Shown here piece after piece: positions 47,271 to 56,981 of a stretch of DNA of 64,000 nucleotides. Source of the stretch: Candidatus Levyibacteriota bacterium. Its GTDB lineage: Bacteria > Patescibacteriota > Microgenomatia > Levybacterales > UBA12049. Under the pieces are notes generated by a model. That model saw only the letters and a list, made by a program, of their open reading frames with translations. It did no database searches and was not told the origin of the DNA. The first letter of the stretch is position 1; the number at the start of each line of letters is the position of its first letter. Both the position numbers and the translations under genes were made by a program. The DNA lies in the NCBI GenBank assembly GCA_016186625.1, contig JACPLG010000007.1, positions 10,426-74,425 on the forward strand, in the 5' to 3' direction.

Positions 47271-47342
47271 TGCTCCCGCTTGGATTCGAACCAAGGACAT
47301 CTACTTTATAAGAGTAGCGCTCTACCACTGAGCTACAGGAGC
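47271..47342 (-). tRNA. tRNA-Ile(UAU)
   Basis: GCTCCTG acceptor, CTACT-CTTATAA-AGTAG anticodon arm, GTTCGAATC, A73. Confidence 0.9.
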
Positions 47343-47396
47343 AAGTGGAGAATATTATAAACTCTTTTATGGACAAATTCTACTTGAGAGCAGCGA

Positions 47397-48257
47397 TTAT
47401 AGCTCTGAGAGGACTTGGGATTCGGGGGCGCGCTGGGGAACATACTGAAGATATCGCTCGGTTGTTGAAAGTCTTTTGTGACCAAGCATTTTTGAAAGAA
47501 GAACAATTGAAGCGCCGTGTTTGAGATGGTGGGCAACAAAAGTATGTCTTAGGTCATTTACTTTGGCATTTTTGATCTCGGCAAGCCTGAAATACCTCTC
47601 AACTGATGTCCTTATGTTTCTGATCAAAAACGGCCTTCCAGATTTTGTGACAAATAAATGGTCTTCCGTAACTTTTGGACGCACATCCAAATACCTTTTT
47701 AAGGCTTCCTGAGCTCTTTTGTTAAGGGGAACCACTCTTTCTTCATGTTTTTCTAACGCCGGAATGTGTATTTGGTCTTTTCGAATATCTGAGAGCTTAA
47801 GAGCAGTGAGCTCTCCTATTCTAATACCGGTTTGGAGCAAAAGTTCAATTATTGCACTCATCCGAGCATCATTTCTGGCTGCATCTCGCAAAGCCCTATA
47901 TTCCGTAGGAGTTAAAATTCTAGGAGGCGCAAGCTCATATTTTGGGTGAGCTACCAAAAGTGAAGGATCATCTGTTATGTATTCATTTATCTTTAAAAAC
48001 CTATAAAAAGTGCGAGTTGAATTAATTTTCCGCGAGATTGACTTAGGAGTGTAACCGTCTTTGTTCATCTTAGCTAAGAATGCTTCAAGATCCTCTTTTG
48101 TTATATCGCGGACATGATGTTTTTGAAGGTCGTTTAAAAAGTCCACAAGCTGCTCTATATCTTTACCGTATGCTACAATAGTTGAGGTTGAGTGACCTTT
48201 TTCTTTAAGAAAATTTTTAAATCCTAAGCTGGCATCAGCAAGTTTTATTTGATTCAT
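47397..48257 (-). CDS. XerC/XerD-family tyrosine recombinase
   Basis: SAM-like N-domain (STIVAYGKDI, SISRKINS); TGIRIGE, NDLRHTF, LGHKRLSTTERY. Confidence 0.9.
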   Translation of the reverse strand: MNQIKLADASLGFKNFLKEKGHSTSTIVAYGKDIEQLVDFLNDLQKHHVRDITKEDLEAFLAKMNKDGYTPKSISRKINSTRTFYRFLKINEYITDDPSLLVAHPKYELAPPRILTPTEYRALRDAARNDARMSAIIELLLQTGIRIGELTALKLSDIRKDQIHIPALEKHEERVVPLNKRAQEALKRYLDVRPKVTEDHLFVTKSGRPFLIRNIRTSVERYFRLAEIKNAKVNDLRHTFVAHHLKHGASIVLLSKMLGHKRLSTTERYLQYVPQRAPESQVLSEL

Positions 48258-48297
48258 GATGGCCTATAATATCATAGGAACGGACTAGTAGTCAACT

Positions 48298-48636
48298 ATG
48301 AAAAAAATACTTTTTTTTGTTGGAATTGCAGTTGGTATAGTTATAATCAACGGATTGGTACGCTCAATCTACGATTTATGGAAAAAACAAGATTTGGTAG
48401 TATCAGCCAAAAGGGAACTTGAAAAAGAGAAAAAAGAAAATGAGAAGCTAAAGCGTCAGCTAGTTTTGGTAGGAACAGAGGAATTTATTGAAAGTGAAGC
48501 AAGAAACAAGCTTTTTATGGTAAAGCCCGGAGAAGAAGGCGTAATTGTGCCTCAGGATCTAATTAAAAAGAAAGAAAAAAAGGAAGTTGCAAAACTCCCA
48601 AACTGGCAGCAGTGGGTTAATTTGTTCGGATTTTGA
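48298..48636 (+). CDS. Septum formation initiator (FtsB/DivIC family)
   Basis: TM, coiled coil, FIESEARNKLFMVKPGE. Confidence 0.85.
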   Translation: MKKILFFVGIAVGIVIINGLVRSIYDLWKKQDLVVSAKRELEKEKKENEKLKRQLVLVGTEEFIESEARNKLFMVKPGEEGVIVPQDLIKKKEKKEVAKLPNWQQWVNLFGF

Positions 48637-48638
48637 TT

Positions 48639-49547
48639 TCAAGGAAAAATTATGCAGCTTTTACCCTCTTTTTTGTAAGAGAACGGAGATCTTTTCCCGT
48701 TTAGGGTATATACGTCAAAGTCAAAGAGTCTGCCTAATCTTCTCGAAAGAGGGGAATCGGTCCCTTTTTCTTTTCGTGAATTCCTGTTTGCTTGCTCAAG
48801 AGCCTCATAGTTAAATCCAGGCCGATGCATTAATGTCCATTTTATGCCTTCGTACAGGAAATAGATAGCTTCAAACTTTGACTTTAACCCAGTTAGCTTA
48901 TTTACAAGCTTTGCCGTATGGTTATGTTCGTGGACGAATGGTCTTTCTTCGCCAGTCTCGGCATATTGTCTTTCTGCAATAGGAACCTGTTTCCACGGCT
49001 TTGGATTGCCGTCTTTGTCGACATCAAGTACCTTTCTTACTTTGTATCTTCTGTTAATTCTATGAATGTCTTTTTCTCTTAGAATGTCTTCGACAGATTT
49101 ATATTGTGGTTTTAGACCAAGACCTTTGTAAATTAGAGGGATAGTTCCAAATCTTCTTCCAAGAATAGAAATGAGTGAATGGTGCTTTGAAAAAGCGACA
49201 TCTAAAAGATTCGTCCAACCATGTTGTTTTGCTTCCTCAACAAATGTTTTAACTTCTCCTCCTGTACTCCAGGCGTCTTGCCTTAGAACAATGTCCTCAT
49301 GGGGAATATGGTAATGTTCTTCAAGCTCTTTAGCTATAAGTTCTCCTTCGCTAGGCTCCGTAGGTCCCCATAAGCGGTCAAGATTAACAAAAACTGTTTT
49401 GGTTTCTCTTTGATTTAATTCTACTGCAGCGGCTCTGGTAGACAAGCGGCTTCTTAAACCAAGACCGGTTCTGTGTTCACTCATCCAGTAACCATGAGCT
49501 AAAAGCGCATCATACCTCGGGCGGCTTTGTGGTGCTTCTATTGGCAT
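48639..49547 (-). CDS. YdcF/DUF218-like protein
   Basis: SEGELIAKEL..IPHEDIVL..AWSTGGEV..H; C-terminal YEGIK. Confidence 0.55.
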   Translation of the reverse strand: MPIEAPQSRPRYDALLAHGYWMSEHRTGLGLRSRLSTRAAAVELNQRETKTVFVNLDRLWGPTEPSEGELIAKELEEHYHIPHEDIVLRQDAWSTGGEVKTFVEEAKQHGWTNLLDVAFSKHHSLISILGRRFGTIPLIYKGLGLKPQYKSVEDILREKDIHRINRRYKVRKVLDVDKDGNPKPWKQVPIAERQYAETGEERPFVHEHNHTAKLVNKLTGLKSKFEAIYFLYEGIKWTLMHRPGFNYEALEQANRNSRKEKGTDSPLSRRLGRLFDFDVYTLNGKRSPFSYKKEGKSCIIFP

Positions 49548-49608
49548 ATTGGGGGGAATTATAGTACGAGGAAACTATTAAATCAAATTTGTTACGGGGA
49601 TTGGGAAA

Positions 49609-49872
49609 TTATTTACTTTTAAAATATTCCTTTAACATCATTCGAAGCGTTGCTTTTCCCTTTGTAGTTTTAAAATATTCTTCTCTTCTTTTTGCGTCTT
49701 TTTCATTCCCGTATGCTTCATAAAATATTAATTCGAATGGTGCGTAGGCTTTCGTGGAAAGTTCCTCTTTATTGTTGTGTTCAACGAATCGTTTCCTGAG
49801 ATTGGCAGTGATACCTACATAAATAAAGTCTCTATTTATGCTTTTGAGGACGTAGACATAGAAGAATTTCAT
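49609..49872 (-). CDS. Small GIY-YIG endonuclease-domain protein
   Basis: FYVYVLKS..IYVGITANLRKRFVEHN..STKAYAP..YEAY..AKRREEYFK; start trimmed to ATG 49872. Confidence 0.9.
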   Translation of the reverse strand: MKFFYVYVLKSINRDFIYVGITANLRKRFVEHNNKEELSTKAYAPFELIFYEAYGNEKDAKRREEYFKTTKGKATLRMMLKEYFKSK

Positions 49873-49878
49873 TTCTGT

Positions 49879-49981
49879 GAGACGCACCAGTCGTGAAACT
49901 CCGGTGCATCTCTTGTGTTGAGACGTACTAGTCGCATTCGCTCCAGTACATCCCTACGAGACATACCATTCGGTATATCTC
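49879..49981. repeat. Three tandem GAGAC-tagged hairpins upstream of the GIY-YIG gene
   Basis: GAGACGCACC..GGTGCATCTC; GAGACGTACT..AGTACATCCC; GAGACATACC..GGTATATCTC. Confidence 0.8.
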
Positions 49982-50082
49982 TAACGCTCACCACTCATTT
50001 TAATACCACCCATTAAGTGTTTGTTGCAAGAGTGATTTATCACTCGCAGCAGTGAACCCGAATGTTAATGAGTGGTTCGCTG

Positions 50083-50151
50083 TTGCGGGGCTAGGAGTTG
50101 CGCCTAGCCTGTGAGATTATGAGCCTCACGTGCACTGTACACTACCCCGCG
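50083..50151 (-). tRNA. Initiator tRNA-fMet(CAU), structurally atypical
   Basis: CGCGGGG acceptor with C1:A72 mismatch, CTCATAA loop; short D-loop; T-loop CGCAACT. Confidence 0.75.
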
Positions 50152-50215
50152 CGTGAGCGCATTATACCAGTTTGCCTTGAGGCTGGTCAACCTGATATAC
50201 TTAAGTGTTGTGCAT

Positions 50216-50287
50216 GTCAGGGTAGCTCAACGGTGGAGCGGAGTCTTCATAAGGCTATGGTTGAGGGTTCGAATCCCTCCCCTGACA
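50216..50287 (+). tRNA. tRNA-Met(CAU), elongator
   Basis: GTCAGGG/CCCTGAC acceptor, TTCATAA loop, GTTCGAATC. Confidence 0.9.
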
Positions 50288-50330
50288 CAAGGCGCAGGGC
50301 CACCACAACTTCTGATATAATTCCCCCAAT

Positions 50331-51674
50331 ATGAATAGTCCTCAAACAAACTTTAAAGGTAAAAAAATTGCCGTAATTGGAGAGGGACTTGAGGGTAAAA
50401 GTTCGGCATCTTATCTCAGAAAACAGGGAGCTGAGGTCACTATTCTAGATATAAAACAAGGCAAGGATTACCTCAAAGACCTTGATAAGTATGATTTAAT
50501 AGTCAGAAGCCCTGGTATTAAGTTATCCAAGATTGAGAAACTCGTTCCCAAGGATAAAATTACGTCCCAAGCAAAACTTTTTTTTGATCTTGCCAAAGGC
50601 GCAATTATTGGAGTTACAGGCACAAAAGGAAAGGGGACAACAGCATCGCTTATTTATGAAATGTTAAAAACTTCGGGCAAAGACGCATATTTAGGAGGGA
50701 ATATTGGCGTCCCCCCTTTTGAATTTCTTGATAAGTTAAACAAAGAGTCATGGGTAGTTTTGGAAATAAGCTCATTTCAGCTTCAGGATTTGAAGAAAAG
50801 CCCGCATATTGCAGTGGTTCTTATGATAACGAGCGAGCATTTGGATGATTGGGGTGATCGTAATCGTCATGAATCACTTGGTGAGTATATTGATTCCAAG
50901 AGAAATATTCTGCGTTATCAAACGTCTTCGGATTTTGCGGTTATTAACCGTGATTATCCTGCCAGCAACGAATCGGATATTTACGCAGAGAGTAAAGTTT
51001 ATTTTGTAAGTCGTGATAGGGAAGTGGAGGAAGGATGTTTTGCGCTTGGGAATCAAGTGATTTTAAGAGCCAATGGGAAAGAGATTCCTATAATTGATAC
51101 CCGGGAATTACTTTTGAGAGGTAATCATAACCATGAAAATGTTTGTGCTGCTGTAATGGCTGCATATCTGGCAGGAGTTAGAATCGATTCGATTAAAAAA
51201 GTTCTAAAGACATTTAAAGGTCTTGAGCATCGGCTTGAATTGGTAGATAAAATTGATGGAGTTGAGTATTATAATGATTCATTTTCAACAACCCCTGAAA
51301 CAGCAATTGCTGCCATCAAATCTTTCAAAAATCCCGAGATTTTAATGCTTGGAGGATCATCTAAGAACAGCGATTTTTCGGAGCTCGGAAAAGTAATAAG
51401 TAATGCAGAAAATATAAAGGCAATTATTCAGATTGGAGAAGAATGGCCAAGGATTAAAGAGAGAATTAAGAATAATGAATCAAGAATTATGATTATCGAG
51501 GGAGCGAGGGACATGAGGACGATTGTTGCAGCGGCTTCGAAAATAGCTGCTCCGGGGGATGTAGTATTGCTATCTCCTGCCTGTGCCAGCTTTGATATGT
51601 TTAAAAATTACAAAGACCGCGGACAGCAGTTTAAGAACGAGGTTCTTAAACTGAAATCCGAAATCCGAAATTAG
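50331..51674 (+). CDS. murD: UDP-N-acetylmuramoyl-L-alanine--D-glutamate ligase
   Basis: RSPG, GVTGTKGKGTT, GGNIG, LEISSFQL, EHRLE, NDSFSTT, LLSPACASFDMFKNYKDRG. Confidence 0.97.
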   Translation: MNSPQTNFKGKKIAVIGEGLEGKSSASYLRKQGAEVTILDIKQGKDYLKDLDKYDLIVRSPGIKLSKIEKLVPKDKITSQAKLFFDLAKGAIIGVTGTKGKGTTASLIYEMLKTSGKDAYLGGNIGVPPFEFLDKLNKESWVVLEISSFQLQDLKKSPHIAVVLMITSEHLDDWGDRNRHESLGEYIDSKRNILRYQTSSDFAVINRDYPASNESDIYAESKVYFVSRDREVEEGCFALGNQVILRANGKEIPIIDTRELLLRGNHNHENVCAAVMAAYLAGVRIDSIKKVLKTFKGLEHRLELVDKIDGVEYYNDSFSTTPETAIAAIKSFKNPEILMLGGSSKNSDFSELGKVISNAENIKAIIQIGEEWPRIKERIKNNESRIMIIEGARDMRTIVAAASKIAAPGDVVLLSPACASFDMFKNYKDRGQQFKNEVLKLKSEIRN

Positions 51675-51776
51675 AAATCCGAAACAAATCCTAATTTTCT
51701 AAATTCAAATGCCCAGAAGTTTTGTATTTTTGTCATTTGAAATTGTTTCGAGATTCGATATTCGTGCTTCGAATTT
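51654..51776. repeat. Family C inverted-repeat element (empty) between murD and tgt
   Basis: aaatccgaaatccgaaattagaaatccgaaacaa...ttgtttcgagattcgatattcgtgcttcgaattt. Confidence 0.8.
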
Positions 51777-53087
51777 ATGAATAAACCAACCTTCAAAATC
51801 ATTTCTAAAGATGGAAAAGCGCGGGCCGGTGAGATCAAAACAGACCATGGCATCGTGCTGACTCCTGCTTTTTTGCCTGTAGGGACGAAGGCTACGGTAA
51901 AGAGTTTAACTCCGCAGCAATTAAAAGAGATTGGAATTGAGGCTGTTTTAGCAAACACATATCATCTGCATCTCCAGCCGGGAGAAGATACGATTGGAAA
52001 GCTTGGCGGATTGCATAAGTTTATGAATTGGAATAAACCTCTTATGACTGATTCCGGAGGATTTCAGGTTTTTTCTTTGGGGGTTGGGCTTGAAAAACCG
52101 GGAGTAAAATTCCTAAAAGATTTAGACTATGGAAGATTGAAGATAGAAAATAGAACTTTGAAGGTAGAAGATAGAAGATCGAACCATCATCCATCCTCCA
52201 TCATCAATAATCTATCATCCACCGTCAATCCTCTATCGTCAAATGAAGAGTCGCGCCCTCGTTTAAACAGAATTACAGAGGAGGGAGTGGAGTTTCAGTC
52301 TCATATTGATGGAAGCAAACACAAACTTACACCTGAACTATCTGTGGAAATCCAAGAGAAAATCGGTGCTGATCTCATCATAGCGTTTGATGATTTAGAG
52401 TCTCCGACATATTCTTTCGAACAAACAAAAAAAAGCTTGGAACTAACCAATCGCTGGGAACTCAGAAGTCTAAAAACCCATTTAGCCTTCCAAGGCGTCG
52501 CCTTGGAGCCTCAAAGGCAGCTTTTGTATGGGGTCACCCACGGAGGGCAGTTTGAAAGCTTGCGGAGAGAATCGGCGAGATTTGTTGACAAACATTTTGA
52601 TGCTGTAGCTTTGGGTGGAGCCCATCGCAACAAATCGAACATGTATCAGGTGATTGAATGGACCGTTGAAGAGCTCGATGAAGAAAAACCTAGACATATG
52701 TTGGGAATTGGAGAAGTGGATGATATTTTTGAGGTGATTGAGCGAGGAGTTGATACATTTGACTGCGTAATTCCAACTCGGCTTGGACGAATGGGCCACG
52801 TTTTCATCTATCCTCCAGAAGGAAATATTAAGAATCGGTTCAGATACGATATAACCAAGTCCAAATATGCAAAAGACCAGCGACCAATAGCCAAAGACTG
52901 CGACTGCTACGTTTGTCAAAATTTCACCCAAGCCTATATAAACCATCTATTTCGAAGCCGCGAACTCTTAGCTTACACTCTTGCCACCTACCACAACGTT
53001 TATTTTATTAATGATTTAACCAACAAAATTCGCCAGGCTATTTTAAATAAGAAGTTTATTGAATTAAAGAAAAAATGGTTACTGTAG
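51777..53087 (+). CDS. tgt: tRNA-guanine transglycosylase with in-frame repeat insertion
   Basis: TPAFLPVGT, NTYHL, TDSGGFQVFSL, DCVIPTR, CDCYVC, HN. Confidence 0.95.
   Translation: MNKPTFKIISKDGKARAGEIKTDHGIVLTPAFLPVGTKATVKSLTPQQLKEIGIEAVLANTYHLHLQPGEDTIGKLGGLHKFMNWNKPLMTDSGGFQVFSLGVGLEKPGVKFLKDLDYGRLKIENRTLKVEDRRSNHHPSSIINNLSSTVNPLSSNEESRPRLNRITEEGVEFQSHIDGSKHKLTPELSVEIQEKIGADLIIAFDDLESPTYSFEQTKKSLELTNRWELRSLKTHLAFQGVALEPQRQLLYGVTHGGQFESLRRESARFVDKHFDAVALGGAHRNKSNMYQVIEWTVEELDEEKPRHMLGIGEVDDIFEVIERGVDTFDCVIPTRLGRMGHVFIYPPEGNIKNRFRYDITKSKYAKDQRPIAKDCDCYVCQNFTQAYINHLFRSRELLAYTLATYHNVYFINDLTNKIRQAILNKKFIELKKKWLL
52131..52237. repeat. Family D hairpin element inserted in-frame in tgt
   Basis: Reverse complement aligns with 14770-14891. 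Confidence 0.8.
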
Positions 53088-53645
53088 TTTTGCTTTTGAA
53101 GAGTCAGCCTGGACAGATCCGGGAGGAATTTCTTCGTTTTTAGCCACTTCATCAACTACCCTTTGTGCAGAACTGAGTATGATTTTTCTTAGCGCCTCAT
53201 TATCTCCGGCTCCTTTTATCATCTCGTCAAACTTCATAAAAGTAGCTGTAAGAGGAGTTTTTGAACCTTCAGGTGGTGTCAATTGCTCTGTAACTGATCC
53301 AGACAGAGAGCTAAGATTTGGCTCGGTTGCTGAAGGAGACGCAGGCTCTACTGTTTGAGCAGGAGATAACGTTGGATCCGATGAGGTTTGACCATCAAGA
53401 GAGGTTGTTGGGATCTCGGTCAGATCGTTAGAGGAAGGAGCTTCAGAGGGTTGAGTGGGCTCCGCAGGAGTTCCAGTAATGAGATTTGGTTCTACTCCTG
53501 GCTGTGGAGCATCAGGTATTGATGGAGGGACAATTCCTGGCTGCATGACTGGATTTTGAGCGGTTTCGGGAGATGGAGTAATTCCTGGAGGAGGCGGAAT
53601 AGCTCCTGTGATAGGCTGTGGCTCAAACGAAGTGGCAGTTGACAT
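53079..53645 (-). CDS. Pro/Ser/Thr-rich hypothetical protein
   Basis: 188-aa low-complexity ORF. Confidence 0.6.
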   Translation of the reverse strand: MSTATSFEPQPITGAIPPPPGITPSPETAQNPVMQPGIVPPSIPDAPQPGVEPNLITGTPAEPTQPSEAPSSNDLTEIPTTSLDGQTSSDPTLSPAQTVEPASPSATEPNLSSLSGSVTEQLTPPEGSKTPLTATFMKFDEMIKGAGDNEALRKIILSSAQRVVDEVAKNEEIPPGSVQADSSKAKLQ

Positions 53646-53783
53646 TCCACTAGATTAAGCCAAAAATTCTAAATTGTCAATATAGAAATGTTTGATTCAC
53701 CTTATGAATACTTGCTAATCACGTTACGTCTTGTGCCAACACATTAAGAATACCCAGAACTGGGTTAATGATATAATGATTTT

Positions 53784-54764
53784 ATGGATAAAAAGAAAGT
53801 TTATTCCGGGATTCGTGCGACTGGACGCCTTCATCTAGGCAATTATTTTGGTGCAGTTAAGGGAATGCTGCAGCTTCAAGATAAGTATGACTGCGTTTTT
53901 TCTGTGGTTGATCTACACGCAATTACCACTCCGTATGACCCTAATACTTTAAAGCAGAATGTCCGCGATGTAATCTTAGATTATTTGGCCGCGGGGTTGG
54001 ACCCCGAAAAATGTCTCATCGAAATTCAAAGCAGCGTACCGGAACATACAGAACTTGCATATCTCCTCTCAACAATTTATCCAGTTTCCAGGCTTGAAGA
54101 CCTCCCTACATACAAAGATAAAAAAGTCCAGTACCCAAAGTATATAAATATGGGACTCTTGTTTTATCCAGTTCTAATGGCAGCGGACATCTTGCTTTAT
54201 AAAGCGGAGTTTGTGCCTGTGGGAATTGACCAGGAGCCCCATTTGGAAGTAACAAGAGAGATTGCCAGAAAGTTTAACCAGATGTTCGGGCAGACTTTTC
54301 CCGAGCCTCAGAGGTTCAAGAGCGATGGTGAATATGTACCTTCTCTTACCGGGGAAGGTAAGATGAGTAAGACTATTGAAGGAAGTTTTATACTACTAAC
54401 GGATGATTTAGCAACAATTAAATATCGTCTGGCAGCTGTCCCAACGGATAGCGGAAAATTGGGCGGAGAAGTACCAAAGACCGGAGGCATTGCTACATTG
54501 TTTTCATTGCTGCGATTGTTCGAACGCGACGACTTGTATAAGAAATATGAACAGGATTACAAAGAGGGAAATATCAAATATTCTGAGATGAAAAAGGAAA
54601 TCGCAGATGTTATTTTCAATACTTTAAAACCCATTCAACAAAAAAGAGCAAAGCTTGAGGATTCGTTTGATCTAAACGAAATGATAGAGAAGCACACCCA
54701 AATCTGCAGAGAGGTAGCAAACCAAACATTAACTCAAGTCAAGCAAGAAATGGGCCTCATCTAA
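53784..54764 (+). CDS. trpS: Tryptophanyl-tRNA synthetase
   Basis: SGIRATGRLHLGNY, YPVLMAADIL, VPVGIDQEPHLE, KMSKT. Confidence 0.97.
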   Translation: MDKKKVYSGIRATGRLHLGNYFGAVKGMLQLQDKYDCVFSVVDLHAITTPYDPNTLKQNVRDVILDYLAAGLDPEKCLIEIQSSVPEHTELAYLLSTIYPVSRLEDLPTYKDKKVQYPKYINMGLLFYPVLMAADILLYKAEFVPVGIDQEPHLEVTREIARKFNQMFGQTFPEPQRFKSDGEYVPSLTGEGKMSKTIEGSFILLTDDLATIKYRLAAVPTDSGKLGGEVPKTGGIATLFSLLRLFERDDLYKKYEQDYKEGNIKYSEMKKEIADVIFNTLKPIQQKRAKLEDSFDLNEMIEKHTQICREVANQTLTQVKQEMGLI

Positions 54765-54928
54765 AATTTCTAATTATTCTAAGTGGCACGCTTGTCAAGC
54801 AAGCGAGCTCCTTCGCTGCGCTCGTCCGCTCTAATTGACCTAAAGAATTCCCAAGCACCAATTTTAGGAATTTTGAAATTGAGATTTTATTAGAAATTAG
54901 AGCAATTAGGTTAATTAGGTAAATTTTC
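54764..54928. repeat. CTAATT/AATTAG-type inverted-repeat element with nested GC-rich insert
   Basis: aaaatttctaattattctaa...ctaattgacctaa ... ttagagcaattaggttaattaggtaaatttt. Confidence 0.6.
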
Positions 54929-55011
54929 ATCGGCTCCCCGCGCTGAATATCTAGCTTTCAGCTTCGAAAATCTAGAAATTTCAGCCTCATTATGGTATAA
55001 TTTTATTTCAA

Positions 55012-56877
55012 ATGGCAAGTATAAGAAAAACCAAAAAATCATTAATTCCAAACCTGCGGAAATTAAAAAACTGGAAAAGCATTGTCATCTACTCATTGGC
55101 TTTTGCTTTTCTGGCGCTTCTTTTTATGGGCATCAATCAACCTCTTGAAGAAACAAATTCAATTCCACTTTCTCAGGCAATACAAAGTGTCAAAAGCGGA
55201 AAAGTTACCGAGATTGAGGTACATGACAACAAACTTGTTCTTAAGGAAGACGGAAAAAAGCTTGAGGCTTTTAAAGAACCGGGAGCAAATGTTTATACTC
55301 TTTTTAAAGACGCGGGGGTTGATCTTAGTAAAACAAAAGTTGTGATAAATGATAAAACAACTCTTAATAACTGGGTTAACATATTTGCATCAATTTTACC
55401 CATAATTTTAATGGTTGGGTTTTTCTATTTCATTTTCCGCCAGGCAAGAGGAGCGCAGGAGAATATATTTTCTTTCGGACAGTCCCGTGCCAAGCTTTAC
55501 AGCAAAGATACTCCAAAGATAGGATTTAACGACGTTGCCGGAGTTGATGAGGCCAAGCAAGAACTAACCGAGGTTGTGGATTTTCTTAAAAACCCGGGCA
55601 AATACAGAGCAATTGGCGCCCGTACTCCAAAAGGAGTTCTTATGATTGGTCCATCTGGAACCGGAAAAACACTTCTGGCCCGAGCAACAGCTGGGGAGGC
55701 AAATGTACCTTTCTTTTCCATGGCAGGCTCAGAATTTATGGAAATGTTAGTGGGAGTGGGGGCATCCCGCGTTCGAGATTTGTTTAATACTGCTAAAAAG
55801 AACCAACCGGCAATTATTTTTATAGATGAGATTGATGCAATCGGCCGTCAGCGTGGGTTCGGTTTTATGGGTGGGCATGATGAGCGCGAGCAGACTCTCA
55901 ATCAAATTTTGGTTGAGATGGATGGATTTTCTCCAAATGAGCAATTGGTAGTTATGGCGGCAACAAATAGGCCTGATGTTTTGGATCCGGCACTTGTTAG
56001 GCCCGGCAGGTTTGACCGCCGTGTCGCACTAGAGCTTCCTGATGTTAAAGGAAGAAAAGAGATATTAGCAATCCATGCAAAGGGTAAACCATTTGATACC
56101 AAAGTGGATTGGGAGCGCGTTGCCAAAAGAACAGTTGGTTTTTCAGGAGCCGATCTTGAAAATATGTTAAATGAAGCTGCAATTCGTACAGCTAGGCTTA
56201 ATAAGAAAAAAATTGACATGTCAGATCTTGAGGAAGCTGCAACAAAAGTAAAACTTGGTCCTGAAAAAAAGAGACTTCAAACTGATGAAGACAGGAAAAT
56301 GACAGCATATCATGAGGCAGGCCATGCTCTTGTTGCATGGGAAATGCCTCATATTGATCCAATTCATAGGATCTCAATTGTTTCCCGCGGTATGAGTCTA
56401 GGCCACACCATGACTGAGCCAATTGATAGAGTGCATGAAACAAAATCACATCTTCTTGAAGAGATTTCAATGATGTTAGGAGGACAAGCCGCTGAGAGGT
56501 TGGTTTTTAACGATATCACAACTGGAGCATCAAATGATTTGGACAAAGCCACTCAGGTGGCCAGAGCCATGGTAATGAAATTTGGAATGAGCAATCTTGG
56601 CCCAATTACCTTTGATCTTCAGAGGGAAACACCATATGATCAGGATGAGCTTTCTCCTGAGATGAGAGCAAAGGTGGACATTGAAGTTAAGAGAATAATT
56701 GATGAAGCATTTGATAGGACAACAAAAGTTCTCAGAAGGCTAAGAAGCAAGCTTGATCTTTTGGCTGAAGAGCTATTAAAAAAAGAGACGTTAGAATCTG
56801 AAGAGTTTGAGAAATTAATTGGCCCCAAAAAATTACTTCCGGGAAGTAAACTCGCAATTCTTACCGTTGAAGCATAA
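55012..56877 (+). CDS. ftsH: ATP-dependent zinc metalloprotease FtsH
   Basis: Two TMs, [38 protein letters not shown]. Confidence 0.98.
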   Translation: MASIRKTKKSLIPNLRKLKNWKSIVIYSLAFAFLALLFMGINQPLEETNSIPLSQAIQSVKSGKVTEIEVHDNKLVLKEDGKKLEAFKEPGANVYTLFKDAGVDLSKTKVVINDKTTLNNWVNIFASILPIILMVGFFYFIFRQARGAQENIFSFGQSRAKLYSKDTPKIGFNDVAGVDEAKQELTEVVDFLKNPGKYRAIGARTPKGVLMIGPSGTGKTLLARATAGEANVPFFSMAGSEFMEMLVGVGASRVRDLFNTAKKNQPAIIFIDEIDAIGRQRGFGFMGGHDEREQTLNQILVEMDGFSPNEQLVVMAATNRPDVLDPALVRPGRFDRRVALELPDVKGRKEILAIHAKGKPFDTKVDWERVAKRTVGFSGADLENMLNEAAIRTARLNKKKIDMSDLEEAATKVKLGPEKKRLQTDEDRKMTAYHEAGHALVAWEMPHIDPIHRISIVSRGMSLGHTMTEPIDRVHETKSHLLEEISMMLGGQAAERLVFNDITTGASNDLDKATQVARAMVMKFGMSNLGPITFDLQRETPYDQDELSPEMRAKVDIEVKRIIDEAFDRTTKVLRRLRSKLDLLAEELLKKETLESEEFEKLIGPKKLLPGSKLAILTVEA

Positions 56878-56981
56878 ATTAGCGTTTAGCGTATAGGGTG
56901 TAGCGTATAGTTTTCGTTTATAGCGAGTGTTCGCAGTTTCACTTCTTGACTTTTAAATAAATAAGACGGAAAATCAGCTTA

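Noticed and set aside
44887-48257. Integrative conjugative element or prophage at tRNA-Ile
   Set aside because: No duplicated tRNA 3' end, relaxase or phage genes were seen, and the flanks are housekeeping genes.
52131-52237. Intein or self-splicing intron in tgt
   Set aside because: It is too short, lacks intein or intron motifs, and matches a dispersed repeat.
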